Assembly: GCA_049472355.1 (NCBI GenBank) | Contig: JBLIRP010000024.1 | Location: 1 to 44,152 of the forward strand | Source of the DNA: a bacterium | GTDB taxonomy: Bacteria > SZUA-182 > DTGQ01 > JAFGSM01 | DNA length: 44,152 nucleotides | Direction of reading: 5' to 3' | In this document: piece by piece, positions 19,033-29,285 of the stretch | How the letters are laid out: every line of letters starts with the position of its first letter | Position numbering within the stretch: the stretch's first letter is position 1 | Program-made: the position numbers and the translations under genes | The notes under the pieces: model-generated | Seen by the model: the letters and a program-made list of their open reading frames with translations, nothing else | Databases searched by the model: none | Told to the model about the DNA's origin: nothing

Positions 19033-19932
19033 TATGGATCCGCTCCTTACGCAATACCCCTGTGCTATCTACGCCTTCCTAACGAGCACGGTAAGGTGCA
19101 GACCATACCGTGCATACATACGACAATGCTGTTATGTGAAGGTGTAGCTTATCACGGGATATATACTTTGTCAACGATATCGCCACAATTATATTTTTGA
19201 TTAAACTAATAATTTATAATTTACTACTGCAAGGCACGCGCCGGCCTTTGCAAGCAGGGGATTGAAAAGGTTCATCTTCGCATCCGAGAGGAAGGCGCAG
19301 CATGCCAAACAATGGATGGGAAGAGAACGTATTGCATGAATATGTGGTCAAGTGAATAGTATGTTTCACGATATACTGCATTTCATATGCCCATAGGGAC
19401 GCTGATTATAACATGTTGAAAATTAAGGCCATAAAATGACTTGCTGGCAGCACCCTGCACGAAAAACGTTGCAACTTGTTGCAAAATGATGAGTCACTAT
19501 CAACACAATAGTCAACCAATCCGGACGAGAAAACGGCGAGGCGCGCGACCTCCCTGCCGTGCCCTCCATTGAGAATCCCTGTATGCACCCTCATGACGGT
19601 ACAGGCCCCGTGCCCGTGGCAAACATTTTGCAAATATTCCACAAAAACATGCGAAAAGCGAGTGAGAAATTGGGTGATCAATGATCGGATTCGTGAATAC
19701 CGGCACTTGGCGCCCATTGGGAGGGAGTTACACATATTGACTAAAGGGAAAAAAGGTATATGATAGGGGATCAAACCGGCCGGAGAGGGATGATTACACC
19801 TGGGGGGAGCGGAGGGAACCTGTTCGATTCCCTATTTCATACACGCTTATGTACGGAACATGCCATCCATAAGGAACCAGCGCCTTGCAGGGTCCTTTTG
19901 GGTGCTGCGTACAATTGACACCATCATATATA

Positions 19933-21216
19933 ATGACACTGGACATGCAGAGAAGAAACCAAACGAGAAACGTAACGCACGGCATCAGCTTCAAGATCAT
20001 CGTCTCCGTTCTGGGGCCCCTCTTTTTTATGGGAGCGGCCTTCTTGTTGATCGTCATTTTCAGCTTGAGTTACTGGCATTTCCAAACGGAAAAGGCCTCA
20101 ATCAACCGCTTCATGGCCGGCTATTCCGCCGCATTGAAAAATGCATTCGATCTTTCCGATTTCGATTACATCAAACGGTCTCTCGGAGAGATAGGAGAGA
20201 TGACGGAAATGCGGAACATCGGGCTTTTCGGTGCGGAGGGAAACGGCATTGCCCTTCTGTCCGGCCAGGACCAGCCATTCATTCGGGATGCAGCGGAGAT
20301 TGCCGCAACATTGGAATCTCCGGGAACGGACCTGATCAGGACATTCAAATACAAGACCCGTGATGCCGGCACCGTATTCCGGAATATCACCATGCTCCCA
20401 AACCAGGGAAGCTGCCTGAAATGTCATGATGCCCGAAGGCCGATCCTCGGCTTTCTCATGGCGGATTTCTCAACGGAAAGGATAAACAGGCATTTCATTA
20501 TCTATATCCTCCAGATTATTATTGCAGCCCTGGTGAGCGTGTTCGTCATTATCATCGTACTGAAGGTTGTCCTGAAGAAAATGATCAAACAGCCCCTGGA
20601 GGCAATCACCACTGGTCTCGAAGGGATATCGATCATTTCCGGAAGGATACAACAGATCGAGCACAGCGCGCAGGACGAGATCGGTGCGCTCGTGGACGCC
20701 ATCAACGGCCTTGCGGAACGTCATGAGTACAACAAGCAGGTGCTGTCGACGTTCTATGATGGTGTGCACGGTCCGATCTCCCCGCTCGAGTATGAAATGA
20801 ACGTTCTCGCCTCGACAAAGGTGGAGGAGGTAATTGAGAAAGATATAGAGACACTATATACTAATATGACCCTCAATGATGTCCTTGCATTTATCAAGAG
20901 GAGCGCACATACCTTTTTTCCTGTTGTCAATGAGTGGGGTGAGTTTGCAGGCGTAATCACACTGCAGGATGTGAGAAATGTTTTGATCGATCCGTCCATG
21001 AGCCACGCAACCAAGGCTCAGGACTTTTTACGTTCGGATGCGGCAGTGCTGACACCGGATCAGGACCTTAGGACCGCCATGGATCTGTTTAACACCAGGC
21101 AAGCGGTTTACCTCTCCGTGATTGACCGGGAGACACGACTCTTCCTGGGGATCGTGGCCAGGCGCAGGGTATTGGAAATCCTGAAACAGAGTATACTCAA
21201 AAATGTGGGGATTTGA
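19933..21216 (+). CDS. Membrane protein: periplasmic heme-c domain (CxxCH), HAMP, tandem CBS domains
   Basis: TM1, LPNQGSCLKCHDARRPILG, TM2, QPLEAI...QDEIGALVDAIN (HAMP), HTFFPVVNEWGEFAGVIT and LSVID..FLGIV (CBS pair). Start uncertain (19933 or 19945). Confidence 0.8.
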   Translation: MTLDMQRRNQTRNVTHGISFKIIVSVLGPLFFMGAAFLLIVIFSLSYWHFQTEKASINRFMAGYSAALKNAFDLSDFDYIKRSLGEIGEMTEMRNIGLFGAEGNGIALLSGQDQPFIRDAAEIAATLESPGTDLIRTFKYKTRDAGTVFRNITMLPNQGSCLKCHDARRPILGFLMADFSTERINRHFIIYILQIIIAALVSVFVIIIVLKVVLKKMIKQPLEAITTGLEGISIISGRIQQIEHSAQDEIGALVDAINGLAERHEYNKQVLSTFYDGVHGPISPLEYEMNVLASTKVEEVIEKDIETLYTNMTLNDVLAFIKRSAHTFFPVVNEWGEFAGVITLQDVRNVLIDPSMSHATKAQDFLRSDAAVLTPDQDLRTAMDLFNTRQAVYLSVIDRETRLFLGIVARRRVLEILKQSILKNVGI

Positions 21217-21219
21217 TTT

Positions 21220-21927
21220 ATGATTAAGAAGATTCATATCTTCCTTGCATGGGGAACATGGGGATTAATCATTGTGTCACTCTTCTCGTTGTGGATTTTC
21301 TTTCCCCATCGAACCGGGGCAAAGGTATACAAGTATACGGATGAGAATGGGGTGACCCACTATAGCGACCGTCCGATCTATCATGACTATTACATCTACT
21401 CGGACGACGATCCGGGCTATACCGGGGTGAGCTCGGTCAACGAGCTCCTGTTGGACCGCATTATCAACCGCGTCTCACGTATCTTCGATATTGACGCAAC
21501 CCTGATCAAGGCCGTCATCAAGGTGGAGTCGAATTTCAATCCCAGGGCGATTTCCCGCAAAGGGGCAAAGGGACTTATGCAATTGATGCCCAAGACCGCA
21601 TATGAAATGGACGTGACGGACCCCTTTGATCCGGAAGAGAACATCTTCGGAGGGGCCAAGTATCTCAAATATCTTTTGAATAAGTTCGACAACAATATCG
21701 AGATCACCCTGGCCGCATATAACGCCGGTGAAACGGTGGTGCTCAAGTGCGGAGGTATCCCGTCCTATCGGGAGACCAAGCAGTATGTGCGCAAGGTGCT
21801 GAAGCAATATCATTCATATAAAAAGGAGAAACAGTCGGACGACGAGGTGTACTTTTTTGTTGATGGAGACAATGTCCTTCATATAACGAACACCTCCGGA
21901 CCCTTTCTGCACGGTGTGTCAAATTGA
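21220..21927 (+). CDS. Lytic transglycosylase (SLT) with DUF4124-like segment
   Basis: VYKYTDENGVTHYSD; AVIKVESNFNP, GAKGLMQLMP, LAAYNAG, ETKQYV. Confidence 0.93.
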   Translation: MIKKIHIFLAWGTWGLIIVSLFSLWIFFPHRTGAKVYKYTDENGVTHYSDRPIYHDYYIYSDDDPGYTGVSSVNELLLDRIINRVSRIFDIDATLIKAVIKVESNFNPRAISRKGAKGLMQLMPKTAYEMDVTDPFDPEENIFGGAKYLKYLLNKFDNNIEITLAAYNAGETVVLKCGGIPSYRETKQYVRKVLKQYHSYKKEKQSDDEVYFFVDGDNVLHITNTSGPFLHGVSN

Positions 21928-21999
21928 TGCGTTGAATGTGATTGGAAAAGGGCCTGCCGGGGTCGTGTGACGGAACGATCCCGGCAGGTGCTGCAGCAG

Positions 22000-22533
22000 A
22001 TGAATCTCCCCAACAAACTTTCACTTATCCGAATCCTGCTCGTTCCCCTGCTGGTTGTCTTCCTCCTGGGAGGCAAGGCATTGACCAGGTGGAACGACAT
22101 CATCGCCCTGGCGGTGTTTATCGTAGCCGCCATAACCGATTGGCTCGACGGGTACATCGCCCGCAACGCAAAGCAGGTCACCACCCTCGGCAAATTCCTG
22201 GACCCGGTGGCGGATAAGCTGCTCATCTGTGCCGCCTTCATCTCCCTGGTTGAAATAAACCGGGTGCCTGCCTGGATCGTGGTCATCATCGTGGGCAGGG
22301 AAATCATGGTGACCGGCATGCGCTCCATCGCCGCCGCCCAGCAGATTATCATACCGGCAAGCAAGCTGGGAAAATACAAGGTCGGCTTCGAAACCGCTGC
22401 CATTATCGTCCTGATTCTGGATCTTCCCTATAGTGTGGGCATCACAGCAGCCTGGCTCGCCATGACCATGGCGGTCGTCTCAGGGGCGGATCACCTCATC
22501 CGCTTCAGGAAGCAGATCGATCTGGAATGGTGA
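22000..22533 (+). CDS. pgsA: CDP-diacylglycerol--glycerol-3-phosphate 3-phosphatidyltransferase
   Basis: MNLPNKLSLIRI, TDWLDGYIAR, GKFLDPVADK, GRE. Confidence 0.95.
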   Translation: MNLPNKLSLIRILLVPLLVVFLLGGKALTRWNDIIALAVFIVAAITDWLDGYIARNAKQVTTLGKFLDPVADKLLICAAFISLVEINRVPAWIVVIIVGREIMVTGMRSIAAAQQIIIPASKLGKYKVGFETAAIIVLILDLPYSVGITAAWLAMTMAVVSGADHLIRFRKQIDLEW

Positions 22534-23147
22534 TCCGCTTTATACTCTGGCCCATCGCCGGTTTTTTGATCGGGGGGATACCCTCGGGACTCCTCATCGG
22601 AAAATTGCTGGGGGGACCTGACGTGAGAAGAAGCGGAAGTCGCAATATCGGCGCCACCAACGTATACCGTGTTCTCGGGGCCGCACCCGCACTGCTCACC
22701 CTCACCGGCGATCTCCTCAAGGGATATGTACCACTCCTGGTCCTCGGCTCAACCACCCCGCACCCCTGGCTCATCGTGTGCACGGGGCTCGCCGCCATTG
22801 CCGGGCACGACTTTTCACCCTACCTGAGATTCAAGGGGGGAAAGGGAGTGGCAACCAGCCTGGGGGTATTTCTGTACGTGAGTCCTGTGGCAACGCTGGT
22901 GTGTGTCGGTGTCTGGGCGCTGGTGGTGGCCATTGTGCGGATCGTAAGCCTTGCCTCCATCGGGACGGCCATCGTGCTTCCGGTAGTGGTGTGGGCACTC
23001 GAATACCCGCTCCCCGTTTTTTATGCGGCCATCATTGCCTGCATCCTCCTCATCGCTCGCCATAAAGGGAATATCGAGCGCCTATGCAGGGGGCAGGAAA
23101 AAAGGCTGGGGTGCTCACGTTCAGAGGAAAAACGGCAGGCTACTTGA
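22527..23147 (+). CDS. plsY: Glycerol-3-phosphate acyltransferase PlsY
   Basis: GSRNIGATNVYR, DLLKG, GHDFS, FKGGKGVAT, RHKGNIERL. Confidence 0.95.
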   Translation: MVIRFILWPIAGFLIGGIPSGLLIGKLLGGPDVRRSGSRNIGATNVYRVLGAAPALLTLTGDLLKGYVPLLVLGSTTPHPWLIVCTGLAAIAGHDFSPYLRFKGGKGVATSLGVFLYVSPVATLVCVGVWALVVAIVRIVSLASIGTAIVLPVVVWALEYPLPVFYAAIIACILLIARHKGNIERLCRGQEKRLGCSRSEEKRQAT

Positions 23148-25218
23148 TTTTTCCGGTTATCCCACCGTCCACCACGACCTGCTTCCCATTGCACACGAGG
23201 GGGGAGCGGCCCGAGAAGGCATTCCCCTCGCTGCTGTGAAGGTCGATCCCCTGGAGGTCCTTGATGGTGAGCGAGGATTTCGGTTCTCCCTCCATATCGG
23301 GTATGGTCACCCGATCGCCCGGCTCCCCGTCCGCACTCAGCAGCCGCACCTGGGTCCCATTGTCTGCGGCAAGGAGCATCCCCTGGCTCTCGATCCCCTT
23401 CAACCGTGCAGGCTTGAGGTTGGTGAGCACCACGATGTTCCTTCCGGGAAGCTCCTCAGGGGCATAGTGCCCCCGTATGCCTGCAACGATCTGCCTGCGC
23501 TCTGCGCCAAGATCCGCATGGATCACCAGGAGACGATCCGCATCGGGATGGGGGGCAGCATCCAGGACACGGGCGACCCGAAGATCGAGCATGCAAAAGG
23601 GATTTTGCTCGACAAGGGCGAGTGTTTCAACCCGGGTGAGGAGCTGTCGCGGCTCGCCGATGGTATGCCCTTCCAAAGACCGCCCCAGGTCCTTCCAGCA
23701 GAGGGGATCGAGCCCGAGCTGGGCCTCCAGGTCGGCACACAGCCCGGGGATGACCGGCTTCAGGCAGATGGCGAGGTCCCGCACCATCTGGACGATAAGG
23801 GAGATATCCCTCCAGGCCCGGTCCCGTTCCGTAGTGATCCGCTTCCAGGGTTCCGCTGCCTGAAAGTATTTGTTTCCGATGTCCCCGATCTCCAGGATAC
23901 CCTTCACTGCATTCCGTAAATGACAGGCCTGGTAGCTTTCCCCGATGGCGGCGATTCCCTTCTCCACCTCCCCCACGATGTCCGACGGGGCAGGCGCGGT
24001 AAGGACACGGTCGAAGCGCCTGGCCAGAAAGCTCATGCTGCGATAGGCGAGATTGGCGATGTTTCCCAGAAGCTCGCTGTTGATCCGTTCCGTGAAATCG
24101 CGGACATCCAGATCGATGTCCGTGATGGAGTTGGTCAGATTAAGTGCATAGTAAAACCGAAGGAGGTCCGCGGGATATCGGTCGAGGTACTGCCGGGCGG
24201 TAACGAAGGTCCCCCGGGATTTACTCATCTTCTCGCCGTTCACGGTGAGAAATCCGTGGACGAATATGTTCTCCGGCAGGTTGAAACCGCTCCCCATGAG
24301 CATGGCAGGCCAAAACAGGAAGTGAAAATAGATGATGTCCTTTCCGATGAAATGCCGGATCCTCCCGGAGTCGCCGGTCCAGTATTTATCGAAGGAGACG
24401 CCCTTTTCCGTGCAATAGTGCTGGCAGCTCGCCATGTAGCCGATGGGGGCATCCAGCCATACATAGTAATACTTGTCCTTCTCCCCGGCGATGGTGAAGC
24501 CGAAATAGGGGGCGTCCCGAGAGATGTCCCAGTCCTTCAGGCCTGCATCGATCCAGTTCAGGATATAGTTGCGGATCTCGGTCTGGATGGTCGGGTGCGG
24601 GGCGATCCAGTCCCTGAGCCTCTCCGCATAGCTGCTCAGCCGGAAGAAATAGTGCATCGACTCCTTCCGGATCGGCGGGGACCCGCACAGGGCGCAATAG
24701 GGGTTGATCAGATCGATGGTGGCATAGGTGGCGTTGCACACCTCACAGTTGTCCCCGTATTGATCGGGCGCCCCGCACTTGGGACAGACCCCCTTGACAT
24801 AGCGGTCAGGGAGAAACCGCTCGCAACGAGGACAATAGGTGAGATCCACCACCTTGGTGTAAATATCCCCGCGCTCCTTGAGCCGGCCGAAGATCAAATC
24901 GCTGAATGCCTTGTTTTCAGCGGAGTTTGTCGAATAGTACGAATCGAAGGATATGTGAAATGCCTTGAAATCGTTGAGGTGTTCATCGTAGTAGCGCGCG
25001 ATCAGCTCCTCCGGGCTCACCCCGAGTTTGCGGGCATTGATCTCTATGGGCGCCCCGTGGGTGTCATCCGCGCAGCAATAGATGCAGTCCTTGCCCGCAA
25101 GCCTCAGGTAGCGACAATAGATATCCGTCTGTATATACTCCACCATATGCCCCAGGTGAATGGGGCCGTTTGCATAGGGGAGCGCGCTGGTTACCAGGAT
25201 CTTCTCGTTCGTGGACAT
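23140..25218 (-). CDS. metG: Methionine--tRNA ligase with C-terminal tRNA-binding domain
   Basis: TSALPYANGPIHLGH, four CxxC, WDISRDAPYFG, KMSKSRG, NLKPARLKGIESQGMLLAA. Confidence 0.98.
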   Translation of the reverse strand: MSTNEKILVTSALPYANGPIHLGHMVEYIQTDIYCRYLRLAGKDCIYCCADDTHGAPIEINARKLGVSPEELIARYYDEHLNDFKAFHISFDSYYSTNSAENKAFSDLIFGRLKERGDIYTKVVDLTYCPRCERFLPDRYVKGVCPKCGAPDQYGDNCEVCNATYATIDLINPYCALCGSPPIRKESMHYFFRLSSYAERLRDWIAPHPTIQTEIRNYILNWIDAGLKDWDISRDAPYFGFTIAGEKDKYYYVWLDAPIGYMASCQHYCTEKGVSFDKYWTGDSGRIRHFIGKDIIYFHFLFWPAMLMGSGFNLPENIFVHGFLTVNGEKMSKSRGTFVTARQYLDRYPADLLRFYYALNLTNSITDIDLDVRDFTERINSELLGNIANLAYRSMSFLARRFDRVLTAPAPSDIVGEVEKGIAAIGESYQACHLRNAVKGILEIGDIGNKYFQAAEPWKRITTERDRAWRDISLIVQMVRDLAICLKPVIPGLCADLEAQLGLDPLCWKDLGRSLEGHTIGEPRQLLTRVETLALVEQNPFCMLDLRVARVLDAAPHPDADRLLVIHADLGAERRQIVAGIRGHYAPEELPGRNIVVLTNLKPARLKGIESQGMLLAADNGTQVRLLSADGEPGDRVTIPDMEGEPKSSLTIKDLQGIDLHSSEGNAFSGRSPLVCNGKQVVVDGGITGKIK

Positions 25219-25253
25219 GGTTGATTTTTATAGCACACCCGAGGGGATAAGTC

Positions 25254-25366
25254 AAAGGGGACCGCGACCGCACCAACAAAGCTTGCCTGGCGCAGCGAAG
25301 CGGAGCACTATGCAGCCCCTCCAGCAACCGAGAGGGCCGAGACCGCACCAACAAAGCTTGCCGGCG
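25254..25366. repeat. Diverged second copy of the modular repeat at 4153-4365
   Basis: caacaaagcttgcctggcgcag + cgaagcggagcactatgcagcccctc...agggccgagaccgcac + caacaaagcttgcc; same A-B-A order. Confidence 0.85.
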
Positions 25367-25577
25367 AATCAAATCGGGGCAGTTAAATCGCCGTGGTTTG
25401 TGTTTCGAGCCCGTTTGGGGTATATTTTCCATAATTGCCTGGCACTATAGGGAAGGCGGGAACCGGGGTGAGCCTGCTGTTTTCCTTGCAGGGTCTATCG
25501 ACGCAATACGTTAAAAAGCAAAAATTTGCCAACAGAATACAACACGTACAAAGGATTCACCAAAAAAGGGGTACACT

Positions 25578-26915
25578 ATGGAACATTCGAAGGATCAAGA
25601 ATACGTAACAAGGAGTGTCAAGGAAAACAATATCCGTTTCATTCACCTGTGGTTCACCGATGTACTCGGCTTTCTCAAAAGCTTCTCGATCACCGCCGAG
25701 GAACTGGATTCTGCCTTTGAAAACGGCATGGGGTTTGACGGCTCCTCCATCGAAGGATTTGCCCGTATTGAGGAAAGCGACATGATTGCACGGCCCGACC
25801 CGAACACCTTCACGGTCGTCCCCTGGCGGACCGACGAGGAGGCCGCGGTGGGCCGCATGTTCTGCGACATTTTCACCCCCGACGGGGTACCCTACGATGG
25901 GGACTCCCGATGGGCGCTCAAGAGGAACCTGAAGAAGGCCTCCGATCTCGGGTATACCTTCTATGTGGGACCGGAGCTCGAATATTTCTATTTCAGGAAT
26001 GCAAAGGGCAGACCCGAGCCCCTGGATGCCGGCGGCTACTTCGACCTCACCCCCATGGACATTGCCTGCGATCTGCGGCGGAACACCATCCTGATGCTGG
26101 AGAAGATGGGCATCATGGTGGAGTACAGCCACCACGAGGTTGCACCGAGCCAGCACGAGATAGACCTCCGTTACAGCGATGCACTTACCATGGCGGACGC
26201 GGCGATGACCTACCGGCTGGTGGTCAAGGAGGTTGCAATGAAGCACGGCATCCACGCCACCTTCATGCCAAAACCGATCTTCGGTGAAAACGGCAGCGGG
26301 ATGCACACCCATCAATCATTGTTCAAGGGGGAGCGCAATGCCTTTTTTGACCCCTCGGATAAATATCACCTCTCTCAAGCAGGCAAGTCTTACATAGCAG
26401 GGCTGCTCAGGCATGCCCGCGAGATAAGCGCCGTCGTGGCCCAGTGGGTCAATTCATACAAACGTCTTGTCCCGGGATACGAGGCGCCGGTGTATATCTC
26501 ATGGGGACAAAAGAACCGTTCCGCCCTGGTCCGCGTGCCCCACTATCGGCCGGGAAAGGAAAAGGCCATCAGGGCGGAATTCCGTTGCCCAGACCCCGCC
26601 TGCAATCCCTATCTTGCCTTCTCGGTGATGCTCGCCGCGGGGCTCAAGGGGATCGAGCAGGGGTATGAGCTTCCGGAGCCGATAGAGGAGGATATCTTCG
26701 GCATGTCACCCGAGGTCCGGAGGAGCAAGGGCATCGACTCCCTGCCGGGGAGCCTTGCGGAGGCGATCGAGGAGACCGAGCACAGCGATCTGGTCCGGGA
26801 GACCCTGGGCGACCACATCTTTCACAAGTTCATCGACAACAAAAAGATCGAGTGGGACAGGTACCACACCCACGTCAGTCAGTACGAGCAGGAGAAGTAT
26901 CTCCCGGTGCTGTAG
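25578..26915 (+). CDS. glnA: Glutamine synthetase, type I
   Basis: FDGSSIEGF, GPELEYF, HHEVAPSQHEI, FMPKPIFGENGSGMHTHQS, NSYKRLVPGYEAP, EFRCPDPACNPYL. Confidence 0.96.
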   Translation: MEHSKDQEYVTRSVKENNIRFIHLWFTDVLGFLKSFSITAEELDSAFENGMGFDGSSIEGFARIEESDMIARPDPNTFTVVPWRTDEEAAVGRMFCDIFTPDGVPYDGDSRWALKRNLKKASDLGYTFYVGPELEYFYFRNAKGRPEPLDAGGYFDLTPMDIACDLRRNTILMLEKMGIMVEYSHHEVAPSQHEIDLRYSDALTMADAAMTYRLVVKEVAMKHGIHATFMPKPIFGENGSGMHTHQSLFKGERNAFFDPSDKYHLSQAGKSYIAGLLRHAREISAVVAQWVNSYKRLVPGYEAPVYISWGQKNRSALVRVPHYRPGKEKAIRAEFRCPDPACNPYLAFSVMLAAGLKGIEQGYELPEPIEEDIFGMSPEVRRSKGIDSLPGSLAEAIEETEHSDLVRETLGDHIFHKFIDNKKIEWDRYHTHVSQYEQEKYLPVL

Positions 26916-26945
26916 GCGAGGGAACTGATCCCCCCCGGCAGGCGC

Positions 26946-27458
26946 TCACCGCTCCCCTTTGATATACGTCGGTGCCGCCTCCGGAACCTTCCCCTGTTTC
27001 ACCAGGCGATAGTATGCATAGGTCAGGGGCTCCCCATCATTCAGGATCTCCAGGTCCGACACCTCCCCCAGGAACAGGGTATGGGTCCCCGCATCCAGCC
27101 TGTCGATGACCCGTGCCTCGATGAACCCCACGCAGTGTTCGGTGACGATGGGCACCCCGGTGCTTCCCCGTATGTATTCGATATCCTGAAATTTAGGGAA
27201 GTCCCTTCCCGATCTGAAACCGAAGCGGCCTATAAATTTGAGAGGCGTATGCTGTTCCAGAACGGAAACGGAAAGGTATGAGCTTTCCATGATGAATTCA
27301 TGGGTAAGATTCTCCTTGTTGATGCTCACCGCTATGGTGCGCGGCTCCGATGTCACCTGGAATACGGTGTTGGCAATCTGACCGTTTATTTCCTCACCCT
27401 TGTGGGAGCTGACGATGAACATACCATAGCTGATCTTGTGTAATGCCTTAGGATTCAT
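26946..27458 (-). CDS. Flavin reductase-like FMN-binding protein
   Basis: KALHKISYGMFIV, NGQIANTVFQVT, FGFRSGRD, GTHTLFLGEV, PLTYAYY. Confidence 0.9.
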   Translation of the reverse strand: MNPKALHKISYGMFIVSSHKGEEINGQIANTVFQVTSEPRTIAVSINKENLTHEFIMESSYLSVSVLEQHTPLKFIGRFGFRSGRDFPKFQDIEYIRGSTGVPIVTEHCVGFIEARVIDRLDAGTHTLFLGEVSDLEILNDGEPLTYAYYRLVKQGKVPEAAPTYIKGER

Positions 27459-27546
27459 ACACATTCCCTTTCCGCGATATGAAAGATTGAAACCTTGCCG
27501 AAGCTCACAAGCGCTCGGGCCCAGCCTCCCTCAATGCGCACAATAA

Positions 27547-27694
27547 TGATGGCCTCGTAAAAAGTCGTCAAACCTGTCACTCCGGCGAAGTACGGAGTCC
27601 GGAGTTTGGAGTCCGGAACCATTTGAAAAAACCGGATTCCGTGTCAAGCACGAAATGAGGAAATGGGCTAAAATCGACTTTTACGATTCCATCA
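27547..27694. mobile_element. MITE/REP-like non-coding element with imperfect terminal inverted repeats
   Basis: Left tgatggcctcgtaaaaagtcg; right end reverse-complements to tgatggaatcgtaaaagtcg; internal ctccg...cggag hairpins. Confidence 0.65.
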
Positions 27695-27880
27695 ATAATA
27701 GTATCCCGATAACCCGCATCCATGCAAGGAGCCGGTGGTTTTGCCTATACAAGCCAATCCAAAAGGGGGACAAATGTCTCAGGGCAAAAAGCCGATAAAA
27801 TGATAAGACGCGTGCACCATGCCTTGATGCACCACCGCGTGGTGTGAGTCAGCAAATTCCCAGAAAAAAAGAGGGCGACA

Positions 27881-29269
27881 ATGTCAAAAAGATATATCTC
27901 CTGTATATTCATCCTTATGTCCCTGGTGGTCACCATCGGTATATTCTCCGCACGGGGTAATACAAGCGACTGCACATTCCCCTTTTTTCCGGCCCTCCTG
28001 AAGGCCTCATCCGAAAAACCGCTAACCCCGGCAGACTTCAAGGAACCTGTTTCCTGCAGGTCCTGTCATATGTCAACCATGAAGGAATGGGAGGGGTCGT
28101 CTCATGCCCACGCCTTTAAGGACTCCCTCTTCCACGCACTATGGAAGGCAGGGTCACGGGAGACCGGGGGGGCGATCGATGCATTCTGCGTGAGCTGCCA
28201 TACGCCGATCGGTGTACTCACGAGGGATATCAAAGGCCCTGATGGAAGCCTCGCTGCATCGAAGGTGACCAGGGAGGGGATCCACTGCGACCTGTGTCAT
28301 ACCGTTGCGGATACGACATACCGGTGCACAAAGGCGGGATCCCCCCACAATGCCTCGTTGCTCGTGAGGCCGGGGAGCATCAAGACAGGGCCCATGGACA
28401 ACGTGAAATCCACCTTCCATGAATCTACCTATTCGGAGCTCCATACCAGGTCGGAATTCTGTGGAAACTGCCACAACCTGTTCCATCATGCCTCGGGCCT
28501 CCCCCTGGTAACCACCTATGAGGAGTGGAAGGGATCCATCTATGCACAGAAGGGGATCGTATGCCAGGATTGTCACATGATGTCCGTGGATACGGCGATC
28601 CTCACCGCTGATACGCTGGAGCGGCAGAAAAGCCCCGGCAAGGCGTCAACCATCGGCCCGATACGGGAGAGCATCCATGTGCATACATTCGTCGGCGGGA
28701 ATCCGGTAATGAAAGAGGGCAATACACCGGGACGCCCCGGCAGGGAAGCGGAAAAGCGGCTGCAGTCGGCGGCCCGGCTGGATGCGGAGGGGACGGTTTC
28801 CAACGGAAGGGGGACGCTCACGATCCAGGTCTTCAATGAACGCGCAGGTCACAACATACCAACAGGAATGCCCGGGCTCAGGCAGGTTTGGCTGGAGGTC
28901 ACCATCCGTGACCACACAGGTGCGGTACTCCATCACTCCGGCGGTCTTGACCAGGAGGGAACGATCGACCAAGGGGCCATCAGGTTCGGCCCCGAACCCA
29001 TCGATTCGAAGGGACGTATCACCTGCAAGCCATGGGCGATCAAGGGATTCAGGGCCAATACCGGTATTCCCCCACGGGGGAATATCACACGGTCGGTTGA
29101 ATTTGCGGTGCCCGACGGTGTCACCTGGCCCCTTGCCGCGCAGGTGGTGCTCCGCTACCGGGGTTTTCCCCAATCCCTGATGAGTGAGCTGCTGCCGAAG
29201 GCCGGTGCAACGATCCCCGTATTCGATATGGCATCGAGGGAGATTGCAATCGACGCGTCGGCCACGTGA
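27881..29269 (+). CDS. Exported pentaheme c-type cytochrome (c554/c-552-like family)
   Basis: Signal/TM N-terminus; CRSCH, CVSCH, CDLCH, CGNCH, CQDCH; GHNIPTG. Confidence 0.9.
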   Translation: MSKRYISCIFILMSLVVTIGIFSARGNTSDCTFPFFPALLKASSEKPLTPADFKEPVSCRSCHMSTMKEWEGSSHAHAFKDSLFHALWKAGSRETGGAIDAFCVSCHTPIGVLTRDIKGPDGSLAASKVTREGIHCDLCHTVADTTYRCTKAGSPHNASLLVRPGSIKTGPMDNVKSTFHESTYSELHTRSEFCGNCHNLFHHASGLPLVTTYEEWKGSIYAQKGIVCQDCHMMSVDTAILTADTLERQKSPGKASTIGPIRESIHVHTFVGGNPVMKEGNTPGRPGREAEKRLQSAARLDAEGTVSNGRGTLTIQVFNERAGHNIPTGMPGLRQVWLEVTIRDHTGAVLHHSGGLDQEGTIDQGAIRFGPEPIDSKGRITCKPWAIKGFRANTGIPPRGNITRSVEFAVPDGVTWPLAAQVVLRYRGFPQSLMSELLPKAGATIPVFDMASREIAIDASAT

Positions 29270-29285
29270 CCCCTATACCCGCGGA

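Noticed and set aside
19230..19460. Sigma-54 promoters
   Set aside because: GG/GC spacing of the candidate motifs is not the required 10 nt
1172..25224. Long antisense ORFs (e.g. 1186..2316, 8818..9687, 11286..12149, 23920..25224)
   Set aside because: Shadow frames opposite well-supported genes in GC-rich DNA, with no recognisable motifs
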